Assembly (NCBI GenBank): GCA_964016885.1
Contig: OZ024741.1
Location: forward strand, 134,354,001-134,418,000
From: Eledone cirrhosa
Lineage: Eukaryota
DNA: 64,000 bases
Reading direction: 5' to 3'
Below the pieces are notes generated by a model. It saw only the letters and a program-made list of their open reading frames with translations. It was not told the origin of the DNA and made no database searches. The stretch's first letter is position 1. Each line of letters opens with the position of its first letter. This document shows positions 46,263 through 59,663 of this stretch, in pieces. The position numbers were made by a program, and so were the translations under genes.

Positions 46263-47859
46263 AGTAGATATGCAAAGATGGGTCTTAAGATTATTCAAGC
46301 CAATTTTTTCTCAAATAAAGCTCTTCTTTCATGACTTGTGCATCTTTTACTAAATGCATGTAAATGTCCTCAAAGAACTGAACAACCTTGTATGCTTTAG
46401 CCTATTCTCATTTCAGTAGTGACTGAGTAAATGTCATATATGAAAGATAAAAATCCAGAAACAGCTGTCTGACTTTGTCACCAACTACTGAGATAGCTGT
46501 AACATGATCACAGCTTCTAAACATTCATAGCGAGACTCTTGTATGTTTGTTATAAGCCTATTTTATATGCTTTCATATATAACTCTAGATGACACCATTG
46601 ATAACACAAACTGAAACAATGAACAGGAAGACGGTGTTAGACTGACATAATTTTAGCAATAAATTAATAAACTGTGTTTGTTCTCTTTACACTTACTGTG
46701 CTAAATATCTATTTCATTTTATTGTCTACCCTCTAACACACATCATCATCATTTAATATCCACTTTCCCTGCTAGCAAGGGCTGAATGAATTTTCACAAA
46801 CTAAGTCAATACTGAAGTGGGGGTACTGACTACCAAGATAAGCAGCGGTTCCACATCTCGTATACATACTGCCCTATGTTTTACCAAGTGCATTTTATTG
46901 TGGTACCAGCACTAGAGAGATTGTCAGCTGAAGAGTCTTCTCAACCCTTTTGATTGGCAACGTTTCTATAGCTAGATACCCTTGCTAACATCAACCACTT
47001 TACAGAGTATACTGAGTGCATTTATCATATAGATCACCAACAGTAGAGACATTGTCAGGTCTTTGACACAACTGGAGGGTCCTCCCAAGCCTTAGATACT
47101 AATAATTGTTTCCACTTTTGACACAAGGCCAGCAATTTGAAGGGAAGGGAAAAGTTGATTTAATTGACCCCTGTGTTATACTGGTACTTATTTTATCAAC
47201 TCTGTAAGGAAGAAGGGCAAAGCTAACCTTGGCGAGATTTGAACTGATGCTATACCGATACTTTCAGTCCACTGCCCTTAGAGTTGTAATAAGTGTGATA
47301 AATATTTTGGAAATAAAAATATCTATAATATGCATTATTTGTTGTACTAATAGCATTCCTAATTCAGACATCCAATGACAGGCATATCATCATTTTTACA
47401 TCAGCTTTTCCATGCTTGCATGGGTTGGACAGGTCCTTTTCAGCACACCCCCTTCCACTGTTCCTTTGTTATCTCTTTGAGGTTCAACATTTTGAGATCA
47501 GCTTTAGCCACATCTACTCAGCTCGTTCTTGGTCTTCCTCTACTGCAGCTTCCTTCCACTGGCATTACCTGGCCATTCTTCGCCCAGCGTTCGTTATCCA
47601 TATGCACCACATGTCTGCCCCAGTACAGTTTTCTCTCTTGCATATGACATTAGATTCTTCTTATCCCCTCCTTTTCACTCAGTTCACACATATACACTAA
47701 CACTGCACAACTTTGAAAGTTTTGTAGGCATGTATGAACTCTTAACTCCAGATGGAATTGTAGGGGCACTGACATATGCATCTCGGGTATTTTAAACCTG
47801 CTGGAGCCCATCCAGAGAAAGAGAGATAGAAAAAAAGTGAGAAAGAGATATGGAGAGGG

Positions 47860-47905
<46 letters not shown>

Positions 47906-48662
47906 ATCCCAGTACTGGACTGGTACTTCTTTTATTGATCTCAAAAGGATAAAAGCAAAGTTGACTTTGGTGGAATTTGAATTCAGAGCACTGAGAGCTA
48001 GATAAAATGCCACAAAATATTCTATATAATGTTCTAAAGACTGCCAATTCACCACCTTTTGAAAACCATAACTAATATAAAATGGAAAAAAAAACAAATA
48101 TACACAGCTTTCTTACGTAAAGAAATATTTCAAATAGAACAATTGATTGTAAAATTCTGATCTGACCAAATGTTACAAAATAAATAAATATAGCATATGT
48201 AACAAATTGATTTATTGGATTCAAATAAACCTTTATATACACTGGCCTCTGCATCAAGGTTGCGTTTAAAAAAGAATGGAAAATGTTGTTTGTGAAGAAT
48301 AGTTGAGGAGAGGATCAGAACGTGTATTGAGAAGATTTTTTAAATACATTATATATATATATATATATATATAACTATTGTTTATTTGTGGCCACAAATA
48401 AACAATAGAGCAGAACTAGATAGAGCAGAATAGCTTGTCTGATTGTTCCACACATCTGCAATCCATACACTCAAACTAGTTAAGGGGAAAACGCATCAAT
48501 TTTGTTTTGCATTTGAAAAGAGGGTCCTACCTTGAAATATCATTTTGAAATATACTGAGTAAAAAACATTACTTTGTTTTGTTTTATTTGTCATCCTTTT
48601 CCCTTTATATATTTCTACCACATTGTTATGGCTTTCTGAAGTATTTATCAATTAGTTATTAT

Positions 48663-50081
48663 ATCTATCTATCTAAGGTGGGTAAAATTCCCAAGATTCA
48701 TGGACGAGTTCTCTCCAGTGGTCTCTGTCCTTAGAGCATCAACATGTCATCCTCAATCTCCCTCTTCCAGTGTGTCCGTGTAGGGGCTCCCACAGAACTG
48801 CTGAGTGTAGTGTCAACTCTGAATGTCGGTGAACATGTCCAGCTAACCTCAGTCTCCTCTGTGTCACTTTCAAGTTGACTTTTGGGAGGCTCCCGTACAG
48901 CTGAATTGCATACTCAGTGCATACTGATTAATGTTCAAAGCTATCCTCAACATTCTCATATAACACCTATCTACCATCTGAGTGAGTCTCTCGGTCAATG
49001 TCCAAGTTTAAGACCCATACAGCAGCACAGACTCCACTGTAGCAACGAAGAGATGGATCTTCAGGTCTTTACGAAGGTTCAACTTCCACACCGACCTCAA
49101 ACTGTGACATGCAGTCCAGGCTTTGCTCTTCACCACATCATCCTCTGTGTTCCCAAGCTTTGCTCCCAGATACAGAAAGTCCTCAACTAGCTCTAATGGT
49201 TTCCCAACTACATTCATAATCTTCTCTGGCTCCTTAATGAGGCAAGAAGATCAAGGAGGGCAAGGCCCATGGAGAAGATGGAGTGGCATCAGAGGTGAGG
49301 AAGAGGTGTGATTTTGATATCATCCTGGTGTTCTGTAACCAGGCACTGGAGAAAGGAGTTGACTCAGATCAATGGAGGATCAGTAACATCGTCCCAATAC
49401 CAAAGAAAGGAGATCTCTCTAATACCAACAACTATAGGGGGATCTCACTGACATCACTTGTGGCAAAGACACTCAATAGGATTATTCTTAGCAGGATCCA
49501 GCCTGAGATGGAGAAGCTCAGGGACAACCAGAACAGCTTCAGAGAGGGAAGATCAACCACCAGCCACATCCTGATGCTGAGGAGAATTTTAGAAAGAGCT
49601 AGAACAAAGAGCCTTCCTGCTGGCATGGTTTTCATTGACTTCAGGAAGACTTTGATTTTGTGGACTGAGACTGCCTGATGAAGATCTTACAGGCGTATGG
49701 AATCCCCTAGAAGATAGTGGATCTGATATTACTGCTCTACACTAACACAAGAGCCCAAGTCATTACACCTGACAGGATGACGGAGTTCTTTGAGATACTG
49801 GCTGGAGTGTTCCAAGGAGATGCAGTGGCTCCCTACCTTTTCAGCATCACAGTGAACTATTGTATGCGCCTTGCACTGGAGAAACACCAGGACTCTGGCT
49901 TTACTGTAGCAACGGCTCAGAGCAGGAGAGTTAAAGCTAAAAAGATATCAGATGCTGAATTTGCTGACGACAAACACAGTGAAGGAGGCAGAGGAGTTGA
50001 TGCGGGAAGTGGAGACTGTGTCGATGAGTGTGGGGCTGAGAATGAATAAGAGTAAGACAAAGTATCTGGTAAAGAACATTA
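48663..50081 (-). mobile_element. RTE-clade LINE fragment with 5' inversion
   Basis: 3' part on minus (49239->48663: VEDFLYLG, VESVLLYGS, (AGAT)n tail); 5' part on plus (49240-50081: NYRGISL, FREGRST, GVFQGD, EFADD). Candidate TSD TTATTAT. Confidence 0.85.
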
Positions 50082-50093
50082 TTATGTATGTAT

Positions 50094-50441
50094 GGAGGCA
50101 CATGGCTCAGTGGTTAGAGCATTGTCCTTGCAATCGAAAGGTTGTAAGTTCAATTCTCAGACCAGGTGATGTGTTGTTTCCTTGAGCAAGACACTTTATT
50201 TCACATTGCTCCAGTTTACTCAGCTGTAGAAATGAGATGATAGGACTGGGGTCCCTATCATTCCACTGCAAAGTGGTAGTGGAGGTGCCACGGCAAAAAA
50301 ACACCCAGCACTCACTGTAAATGAGGTTGGTGTTAGGAAGGGCATCCAGCTCTAGAAATCAAGCCAGAATCAGTTCCCGTCCCCCCCTTGCAAGCAGGGA
50401 AAAAGCGGACGTAAAATGAAATGATGATGATGATGATGATG
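50094..50441 (+). mobile_element. tRNA-derived SINE with RTE-type (ATG)n tail
   Basis: Full-length paralog of 44204-44528. Confidence 0.88.
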
Positions 50442-50518
50442 TATAATAATAATTGATTGGTAAGTACTTCAGAAAGCGGGTACAATGTGTGTGGGATAGA
50501 AATATATATATATATATA

Positions 50519-51804
50519 CAGGATGTGGACGATATTTGTTCGCAATTTTCAACTGCTAATTTTATGCAAATTTTTTATACTTCCGTTGACACTCTTGTCT
50601 TCATAAAAACAGTGACTATATTTCCATTATTTATTTTCAGAATAATTATGAATAATTTTGAACCTCCAAATTTGTAGAAGAGACACAGAGTTCTTCTTGG
50701 AATCCGCGCCAGGAGGACAAATAAGGAAATTTCAAACTTTCTCAGCGTCAGCAGGAGAATGGTGGAAAAGGTCAGAAAGGAATTGGAAGATTCAGGATTC
50801 GACTACGAAGCAACATCAGAGAGGAAAACACATGATCGACGATCTGACGCCTTCAGAACGCCCGAGTTCGTCACTGAAGTTCAGAATATCATCAAAAATG
50901 AACCTAGCAAGTTAATGCGTGCCATTGCAAGGGAGAAAGGCGTGGATGAAAAGCTCATTAGGCTAGTGGTACATGAAGACATTCGCTACGTTTCATACAA
51001 GATGAGGAAAGCACAATTTCTGTCAAAGGCGATGCAAGAAAAGCGACTGAAGCACACAAAGAAGCTGATCAACAAGTTGAAACACCCACTGGAGCCAGAC
51101 ATGCTGTGGTTTTTCTCCGACGAGAAAAACTTCTGCCAAGACCAGAAGATCAACTCCCAGAACAACAGGTGACTCGCTGTCTCATCCAAAGATGTGCCCA
51201 GAATCATGAAGACAAAGTTTCCAGTGACAACATTGGTCTTAGGTGTCATCATGCCACCTCACTTCTTCCCTGAAGGCCTCAAGCTGAACACCGATGGCTA
51301 CATCCGTGTTCTGAGCGAGGTAGTAAAGCCCTGGATCAACCAGGTAGCTGCAGGTAGGCCGTACGGGTGGCAGCAAGACTCAGCGCCCTGCCATACCAGC
51401 CGAAAGACCCAAGCCTGGCTGTCAGAGAACTTCATCGACCACACTTCACCTGACATCTGGCCTCCCAGCTCGCCTGACTGCAACCCCCCTTGACTTCTTT
51501 GTGTGGGCCGCAGTGGAATGAGACAGCAACAGATCTAGCTGCAATACAAAAGACGATCTGAAGGCTAAGATCACAAGTGCCTTTAGAGGCCTAAGTCGGG
51601 GGACAGTGACGAAGGCCTGTAGCCGGTTCCGAGGCCGCCTTGAGGCCGTCATCAAAGCCAATGGCCTGTTTATCAAGTGAGATCAAAAGAACAAGTCATA
51701 AAGACAAACTGACCCAAGTTTGATAAATAAATCTTAAAAAATAAAACTACTCTGTTATTTTTTCCTAGACAGTAATCTTGCGAACAAATATCGTCCGCAC
51801 CCTG
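50519..51804 (+). mobile_element. Tc1/mariner-superfamily DNA transposon, DD37D (maT) type, defective
   Basis: 27-bp TIRs CAGGATGTGGACGATATTTGTTCGCAA / TTGCGAACAAATATCGTCCGCACCCTG with TA on both sides. Motifs WFFSDEK, QQDSAPCH and SPDCNP(L)D with 37 residues between the 2nd and 3rd D. Stop at ~51170 and +1 frameshift at ~51489. Confidence 0.93.
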
Positions 51805-52152
51805 TATATATGAACTAAAGAAACTGAAAGAAAACATAAGACATGAATGGCAAAACTATAAAATGCTATGCTTTTAGGTTTTATTCTCCATCTGTTAGTA
51901 ATTTCTTATAAGGATAGAGACCTGAGCAGATTGTTATAACTAAAACATTCAACAAATGAATGAGTAGAGGAGGGGAAGAAATTGGCATTTTTCAAATTTT
52001 TACTATAATCATTCAAAAGAAACTTAAAATGGTCAGGTCATAAACTTAGAATGAAAGTTTTACTCAAGTGATTCCATATCTAACAATTTTTACTTCCAAA
52101 AATATTAGCTTTTAGTGTCATACATTAAGATTTTTTCATACTTTCACTGAGT

Positions 52153-52158
52153 TTTATT
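52153..52158 (-). promoter_or_regulatory. Candidate polyadenylation signal of the TMEM106-like gene
   Basis: AATAAA on the minus strand ~570 nt after the stop. The region is AT-rich, so chance occurrence is possible. Confidence 0.3.
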
Positions 52159-52728
52159 CAATAAAAATAAATGCACTACAATAAGGAACAACACAAATGT
52201 TAACAATAACAGTTCGCTGGTAACTGAAAATTAATGTTTTAGAAAGAGAGCGAGATTTTTAGTGTTACTAAATGTAGTAAAAATACTTGGCAAATTTGAG
52301 AGAAGAAAAATTATCAGCCCAGTGTATGCAACATGGTAGATAAAGAGAATTATATTGAATTGAGGAAGAATAATTCCAGTTACTAGGGTTGGAAAGTTCC
52401 TCAATTTTGTGTGAGATGAAGGACAGTTTACTTTCAGTTCAAGCATTTTTTTAGTTTGGTTCTTTATGGTTTTGTGTTGAGATTTCAAACTTTGCTGATC
52501 TGATATTTACTTTGTTAAATTTGTGGAAACCATCAGTTATTAGTGATTTTATATTATGCTTCAAAAGAAAGCTGGCCAGAACCCACATGGATATATATAT
52601 ACACATATATATATATATATATCTAGCTTCACTGTAAATTTTGGCAAGAGCCAGCAGAACAGTGTTAGAAGTCAATTGATAGAAGGCACTGGCAGCAATT
52701 GGAGGGAGAAGTGACAGTTTTTTTTTAG

Positions 52729-52834
52729 TTAACTTGGGTATGGAGACTTTGTGTCATTTCCACAACTGACATGTTGATAGGTTGTCAATGTTGTCTGTTC
52801 TATGTGACCAAAATAACTGTAGTTGGCAGTCAAC
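52729..52834 (-). CDS. TMEM106B: TMEM106B-like last coding exon (ELTANYSYFGHIEQTTLTTYQHVSCGNDTKSPYPS*)
   Basis: Matches the recalled C-terminal motif [26 protein letters not shown] acceptor; TAA stop. Confidence 0.88.
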
Positions 52835-53605
52835 CTGTAATAAACAACAATATATACAACTTTAGCAAGAGTTAAATGTAATAAATATAGTAATGATAGA
52901 TTAGTAAGTGGCAGTGCTGGTGATCCCGATGAAAAAGCACCCAATCCACTCTGTAATTTAGGTGGCTGTGCTAGTACCACAACAAAAAAGTACCTAGTTA
53001 GGTGATCATGCTGGTACCACAACAAAAATGCACCCAGTCTACCTTGTAAGGAGGTCGTCATGGTGACACCTCAAAAAAGCGCCCAGTCCACCCTATTAGA
53101 TGGTTGTTTTGGTGCCATGCTATATAGCACCCAGCTGTAGAAATCAAACCAAAAAAAAAAGAGCAAATTCGTATGAGCAAGACAGTCACCTGACCTGACA
53201 TCGCTAGTCTCAATGTGACAACCAATCTAAACCATGCAAGCATGGAAAATAGACATTAAACGGTGATGATGATTTAGTTACTGATTACCATGAGCCCTTA
53301 ATTCCTCATGAAATTATAGGAGTACCATCATCATACATGGTGCATCTTTGGACATTTTAAACTTGGAAGGTCTGAACACAGTGCTGCATGTGGCCACCTA
53401 ATAAATATAAACTTGTGGGTCACAGAAAATTCTTGTCTCCACACATAATTATGTCCAGATTAAAAAAGATGCAAGACCATCAGATGTTGAACAACTGGTA
53501 ATGTACTTGTATTAGATAATTTTATATAAATAAATTTTAAAAATTATGAATTCCAAGTTATTTAATTTTTCTCAATTTAAACAAAGTTATTAAATTTCTA
53601 CTTAC

Positions 53606-53659
53606 TCAAACTGCATAAACATATCATGCACCCACCGTCTTGGATCATTACAAAATTTC
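53606..53659 (-). CDS. TMEM106B: TMEM106B-like penultimate exon (KFCNDPRRWVHDMFMQF)
   Basis: 54-nt exon with CACAG acceptor and GTAAGT donor. Aligns to the recalled luminal segment DFCTLISIKVHNIVLMMQ, and its phase joins the last exon. Confidence 0.82.
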
Positions 53660-54179
53660 CTGTGAATTAGAAACAGAAAAGAATATTTATATAAGGTATT
53701 CAGACAATTATTGTTTAAAAAATTTTTTTTTTACTTTTACTTAAATTAAATGATGTATAAACCACACTCATAGACAAACACACACATATTGTATGTGTGT
53801 GAAAGAATTAGAGCTGGATGTGATTACTAGAGCCACAAAGAAACATTTCTAAGAAGACACAAACAAGAATTCCTGGTTGATATAAGATGTGAAGATGTTG
53901 GCCTCACTCACAGAAAAGAAAAGAAAAAACAGAGAAGTTTGTGACATGAGATTTAGCAGAACCTGCTCTAACCCTTACTAACATGGAAAACAGACGACGA
54001 TTGAGAATTACTAACTAAAAGTCGATCATTCAACCTTTCCCATTCGTGGCCTGGTGGTTAGAGTGTTGAACTTACAATCATAAAGTTATGGGTTTGATTC
54101 CTGGACTGGGTGGTGCATTGTATTCCTGAGTAAGACAATTTCACATTGCTTTTCCTGATAGGACTGGGTTCATTATCAT

Positions 54180-54570
54180 TAAAACACCCAAGAAACCTGT
54201 GAAATGAACTTCACAGGAGACTAACTAAACCTTCATAGGTGTAAGCTGAAACAACAACAACAACACAATAGGACTGAGGTCTATTGTTAAAATACCCAAG
54301 AAATCTTGATGCAACCAAGGAAAAGGCAAGTTAAACCTGCATGGGTGAGCTGTAACAACAACAAAAACAATAATACAACATGACTGAAGTCTATCATTAA
54401 AATATCCAAGAAACTTTGATGCAACAAGGAAAAAGGCCCGTTAAACCTGCATAGGTGTGAGCTGTAAAAACAACAACACAGTAGGTCTGAGGTCTCTATC
54501 TTTAAAATATTCAAGAAACTTTGATGCAACCAAGGAGGAGGCCAGCTAAACTTTCATAGGTGTAATCTGT
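54180..54570. repeat. ~110-120-bp tandem repeat x3
   Basis: Repeated AAAATATCCAAGAAACTTTGATGCAAC...AAACCTGCATAGGTG...ACAACAAC...CTGAGGTCT. Confidence 0.75.
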
Positions 54571-54785
54571 AAATTTAATTAATTTTTTTTTCATTCTCTA
54601 TTTAACTTTCCTTACATGAGTTGGATTTTAAAGTTTACATAAATAAAATCTATGTTGAGTACAAATATACATTCAATGGAAAATATCTGCTTAAACTGCA
54701 GACCAAATATGAGGGGTTTAGTTATATTTTATATTTTATTAATAAAGAAACAAACAGCTCATTTTAATAGCAGGAACTTATGTAA

Positions 54786-54985
54786 NNNNNNNNNNNNNNN
54801 NNNNNNNNNNNNNNNNNNNNNNNNNNNNNNNNNNNNNNNNNNNNNNNNNNNNNNNNNNNNNNNNNNNNNNNNNNNNNNNNNNNNNNNNNNNNNNNNNNNN
54901 NNNNNNNNNNNNNNNNNNNNNNNNNNNNNNNNNNNNNNNNNNNNNNNNNNNNNNNNNNNNNNNNNNNNNNNNNNNNNNNNNNNNN
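54786..54985. other. Assembly gap (200 N)
   Basis: Run of N. Confidence 1.
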
Positions 54986-55024
54986 CCAACCGATCAAATA
55001 TTCACACAGTGGCAGGTCTTTTAG

Positions 55025-55722
55025 AAACAGTGAGAGCACTGTAAAGTGGTGTGTTCTTGCTTTGTAGACCTTAAAAAAGGACCGTATTCCATGGGATCTG
55101 TTTTGGAAGGTTCTGTAGGAATATGGGATCGATGGACAATTTGTCTTTATACAAATGTCCTAGTTTTTGTGTTCAGATAAATGGTGCTAAGTTGAAACCA
55201 TTCAATATGGGTGTCGGACTCCACCAAGGGTGGATTCAACTTTCTTGTTTATAATTCAACATTCAACTTTCTTGTTTATAATCTTCATGGACAGGATTGA
55301 CATGTGCAGCTGGGTTGGAAATAGTATCAAGAGAGCAGGCATAGATCAGTTGGTTGGAAGGTGATCTCTGACATGCACTTGACAGGCTTGCTGCCAAGTG
55401 CTGCATGGCAGGAATGAAAATCAGTACTGCAAAAATTGAGACACTCGTTCTCTCAAGGAAGCATGCACAGTGTACCCCAAATGTGAGTGGAGTTCCACTG
55501 AAGCAGGTGAAAAAGTTCAAGTATCTCAGAGCTATGTTCAAAAGTGATGGAAGGCAGATGGCTGAATTAAGTGCAAGAATTGCAGGAGCGGGTGGAGTAA
55601 TGCATCAGCTTCAGCATTCGGTCATCAGAAGAAGAGAGGTAGGAGTTATAGCCAAACTCACTATGTGTGCTTGAGGACTCTGCCCCAAGATCCTCCCAGG
55701 AATAAGTGGGTGAAGAAGAAGA
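55025..55722 (+). mobile_element. Internally deleted RTE (Expander/Rex3-like) LINE fragment
   Basis: GVGLHQG, LFIIFMDRI, GMKISTAKIETLV, LKQVKKFKYL; ends CCCAGGAATAAGTGG + (GAA)n. Confidence 0.72.
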
Positions 55723-56072
55723 AATTTCAACCAAGCACTTTTATGATACAATGCATAACTGACATATAGTTTAGAGATTTACAAGTTTGGGATCAGACAT
55801 TCCTTGCTGATATGTGATTACTTCACATAAAACTATTTAACTTTAACTGATTGCCAAAGCCTTGACCCTTGACATTATCTCAGAACTGCTAAAACATACA
55901 TGCTCATATCATCATCATCATCAATTATATCTACTTTAATAGCTGTAACAGTCTAACAGAGTAGTAAGACCTACAAACCCTCATAACAGTTACCATCATC
56001 ATAGGTTATATCTATTGTAATAGCTATGATAATCTGACAGTATAGTAAGCTATAAAAACCTTAGATACTTAC

Positions 56073-56133
56073 GTCCGTTGGGGTTTGAGCCGTTTGTCAC
56101 TAATTGGAATGAGAGCAACAAGTTCTGCTTCAT
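56073..56133 (-). CDS. TMEM106B: TMEM106B-like internal exon (xEAELVALIPISDKRLKPQRT)
   Basis: Matches the recalled TMEM106 motif LVALIPYSDQRLRPRRT; TTCAG acceptor and GTAAGT donor. Confidence 0.88.
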
Positions 56134-57717
56134 CTGAACATGGTGAGAAGAAATGATACAAGTCAATATAAAAGATATTGCAGAGATACAAAGTATCATA
56201 ACTGTACTACAGTCTGTAGTCTCCATAAAAATACAGATTATGAAATTAACTCTTTATCAGGCACCACATGAAACTGCATTAGAAAGACATTCTTGACTGC
56301 ATCACATTCAAAACATTAGTTTACAGTAAATTTTCATAACGATCTGCCTATTAGTAAAAACATAATAAACATTTGAATTAACAAATCCATTTTTAGATAT
56401 TTTCCACTAATATTTTCTACGGGATGTTAAGAGTAAATACTGCAAATTTTCATAACAATTTGTCCCCTAGTAAAGATACTTGTGATATTTGAATTAACAA
56501 ACCTGTTTTTTAATGTTTTCTACTAAATCATTACAGGTTGTTAAGAGTTAATTAAGATGGAAAATTCATCATTATCAGTTTCTTTACACATTTTTTAGTT
56601 TATATTGTTTTCACCTGTGATGTAATTACTCTTCAAATCTACCTCTACTACGAACTTGAAAACTCAACATGGTCACCGAACCTCCTAGAAATGGCAGCCA
56701 AATCTCCCTCAAATCACATCACTGTCTTAATATGGGAAGATTCAACATAAAAAGCTAGTAAGATCACAGCATGAACACCTTTCACCATAGGTCTGCTGAA
56801 TCAGCACTGATACAAGACTAAACAACAGCTCATATTATTATTACACCCAGAAATATAGTGGGCAGAATTCCAGATGAAAGCAGCTAATATGATCATAAAT
56901 GCAAGCGTAGCCATGAGGTGAAGAAGTTTGTTTTGCAATATGTGATTCTGAAGTCAACCACACCATCACTCTTGGGTTAACCGTCTACCATAAATTCTGG
57001 TTAACCAAAACCCTGTATAATATTAAGTAGATGGAAACTGCGTGGAAGTCTGTTGTACTGTACCTATACTTGCATGCCGCTTACCATTTTGATAAAATGC
57101 CTGAAATCGCCCCAGGCTTTGATACAAAACTGTTTGTTTTAAAATGCTTATATTTATCTAAAATCCTTCCATCATACTTTTATGTAAGAACCTTTGTTAT
57201 ATTACTAAAGCTCTCAAAAGTTTTGATTATTTTCAAATGTCTTTGAAAATCAGAGGCTGCGTCTTCCATTAGAAATATAGTAATGAAGTGTTCGAATGTT
57301 TATATTTATCTAAAACCCTTCCATCATAATTTTATGTTAGAACCTTTAAGCTATGCTCTAAACACCAACTTAATGATGAGAAAAGTTAGTTATATTACTG
57401 AATCCCTCCAAATTCTTAACTATTTTCAAAATCTTTTGAAAATCAGAGGCAGTGCCTTTCATTAGAAATATAGAAATCAAAGGGTTAAGTATAATTCTAC
57501 AGCTAAATTTTAATTTTAAATATTGTTTTGTGCAACAAAATAACAAAATATAAAATAAGACTCCCACCCACACACCTCATTAATTGATAAATCACAATGA
57601 AGCTTGTACTTTTATTCAATCAAAGGAAGATTATTGATTTATCAGAATAGGTCATAATGGTAAAATGTCTGGGAACCATTAATCTGTTGTATTTAGAGCA
57701 GACATCTTAGCTTATAC

Positions 57718-58020
57718 TCAGACCAGATATATTAACACATACACAGACCAAATATATTGTTTCTACTTTTGGCACAAGGCCAGCAATTATCCCAGTGTAT
57801 TACTGGTACTTTATTTTATCGACCCCGTCAGGATGAAAGGCAAAGTTAACACAGACCAAATATATTAAGACATAAACAGACCAGATATATAAACACATAC
57901 ACAGACCAGATATATTAAATCATACACAGACTAGATAAACTGACACACACAGAGACCAAATATGTTAACACATACACAGACCAGATATGTTAACACGTAC
58001 ACAGATCTGATATATTAACA
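57718..58020. repeat. ~25-bp minisatellite interrupted by a SINE fragment
   Basis: ACAGACCAGATATATTAACACATAC units. Confidence 0.8.
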
Positions 58021-58947
58021 GGTTGTTTGTGATCAGGTGAGTCTCAAGATGAAGGATAGGTAGAAAGAGGAAATTAAGATTGATCAAACAAGAGAAATGA
58101 CTTAATCACAACAAATTACATACACCTGTCTACCCAATAACAGGAATTAAATAATGGCAATAATTTAAAATATGTTAGCTCTAAAATTACTCATTATCAA
58201 ATAACAAATAATAATTTAGCAATCCAAATACCAACAGAGGAATAACGAAATGCTGAGTAGAGATAATAATAGTTTCCAATTTGAAAAAAAAAAAATAAAC
58301 AGTTAGGCTGAAGGAGATGAGCGAATAAGAAGGTGATGGTGCTGACAGCTGATTATTAAAAGATATAATTATAGTATACTAAATTATACTGTTTCACTTT
58401 GGATATGTATTCATAATTATTGTAAGATAGACTGGGTGGAAGAGGCTTTAATAAAAACATCAGAAGTCAGTGAAAAACAATGAAACAAATGCCAATAGAT
58501 TAATAGCTAGACAATGAACTAATCCACCCTTATTTGACCTTGTCAGATAAGGGTGGTACTTAAATAATAATTGAGGTAGACAAAAGACAAGGAAGAAATG
58601 GTGCAGGGATGGCTATCATCATCATCATTTAATTTCTATTTTCCATGCTTGCACGGGTACATGAGTTGTCATGTTATGAGACAAGTCAAGTCGGTGACCA
58701 TGTCTTGCTCATATAAATCTGTTTTTTTGGCTTGGTTACTATGGCTTGATGCCTTTTGTAATGGCAACATTACAGCATGGACTGGTGGCTTTTTATCAAG
58801 GCACCAAAATGACTGTCTTACAAGGTGGACTGGATGCTTTTTGTCATTTCATCAGCACGACCACTTTATAGAGGGGACTGGGTACTTTTTGCATGTCTCC
58901 AGCACAACCACCTTACAGGGTGCTTTTTGTCATTAACTGTGGAAAAG

Positions 58948-59035
58948 CAGGTGTACAGCAGCAGAGGTGTACAGCAGCAGAGGTGTACAGCAGCAGAGGT
59001 GTACAGCAGCAGAGGTGTACAGCAGCAGAGGTGTA
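58948..59035. repeat. 16-bp perfect tandem repeat x5
   Basis: GTGTACAGCAGCAGAG units. Confidence 0.95.
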
Positions 59036-59446
59036 TCAGGTGTGGAAAGCAGGCTGGACTTTCATCTGCTGAGGCCCTGAGCTATATGAAATTTAAAGCC
59101 CTTCTCAATAAATATATATTTTTTTAGATATAATTATTATTTTTTAATAGAATGTTTGCTTGGAACATTGTGTATAGTATATAATGTAAAAAATGATGTG
59201 TTTAAGAAGGCTAAGACAATGTGAAATTGATGGTAAAATGAAGGCAACGGAAAAGTTTGTGTTACCTGGTGTTGTTGTATTATTTTTTTTTGGTCCTAAT
59301 ATTTTGGGACTTAAAAATCCCTTCCTCAAAGTATGGGGAACTCTTAGAGTAAAATGTTCCAGTCTTATTGCTTTGAAGTTTGATTTTTGATATTGATGTT
59401 AATGATAAAGAATACATATATATAATTTTTGATGATTTGGTGTTAA

Positions 59447-59663
59447 CCCTTTAGCATTTACATTACTCTATATTTACATTGTATTTTTACAGTAAAGGCT
59501 TTATCTCACATTATCCCAAATAATATCAAAGCTATGAGATTTTGATGTCATTTATTTTGATAACAATACCTAAACATCGGTATGAGCGGCAAGTTACAGC
59601 AGGTTTGAACAGAAAGATGTGAGAGAATTCTGGTTAGATACAGTTGATTTAAATGCTAAAGGG
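59447..59663. mobile_element. piggyBac-type MITE
   Basis: Perfect 14-bp TIR CCCTTTAGCATTTA / TAAATGCTAAAGGG with TTAA on both sides. Confidence 0.85.

Noticed and set aside
48118-48247. Possible minus-strand exon with GTAAG donor (hydrophobic peptide)
   Set aside because: No recognisable homology and no phase-compatible partner exon. It could be a UTR exon but that cannot be supported.
54652-55044. ORFs spanning X runs
   Set aside because: Artefacts of the N gap.
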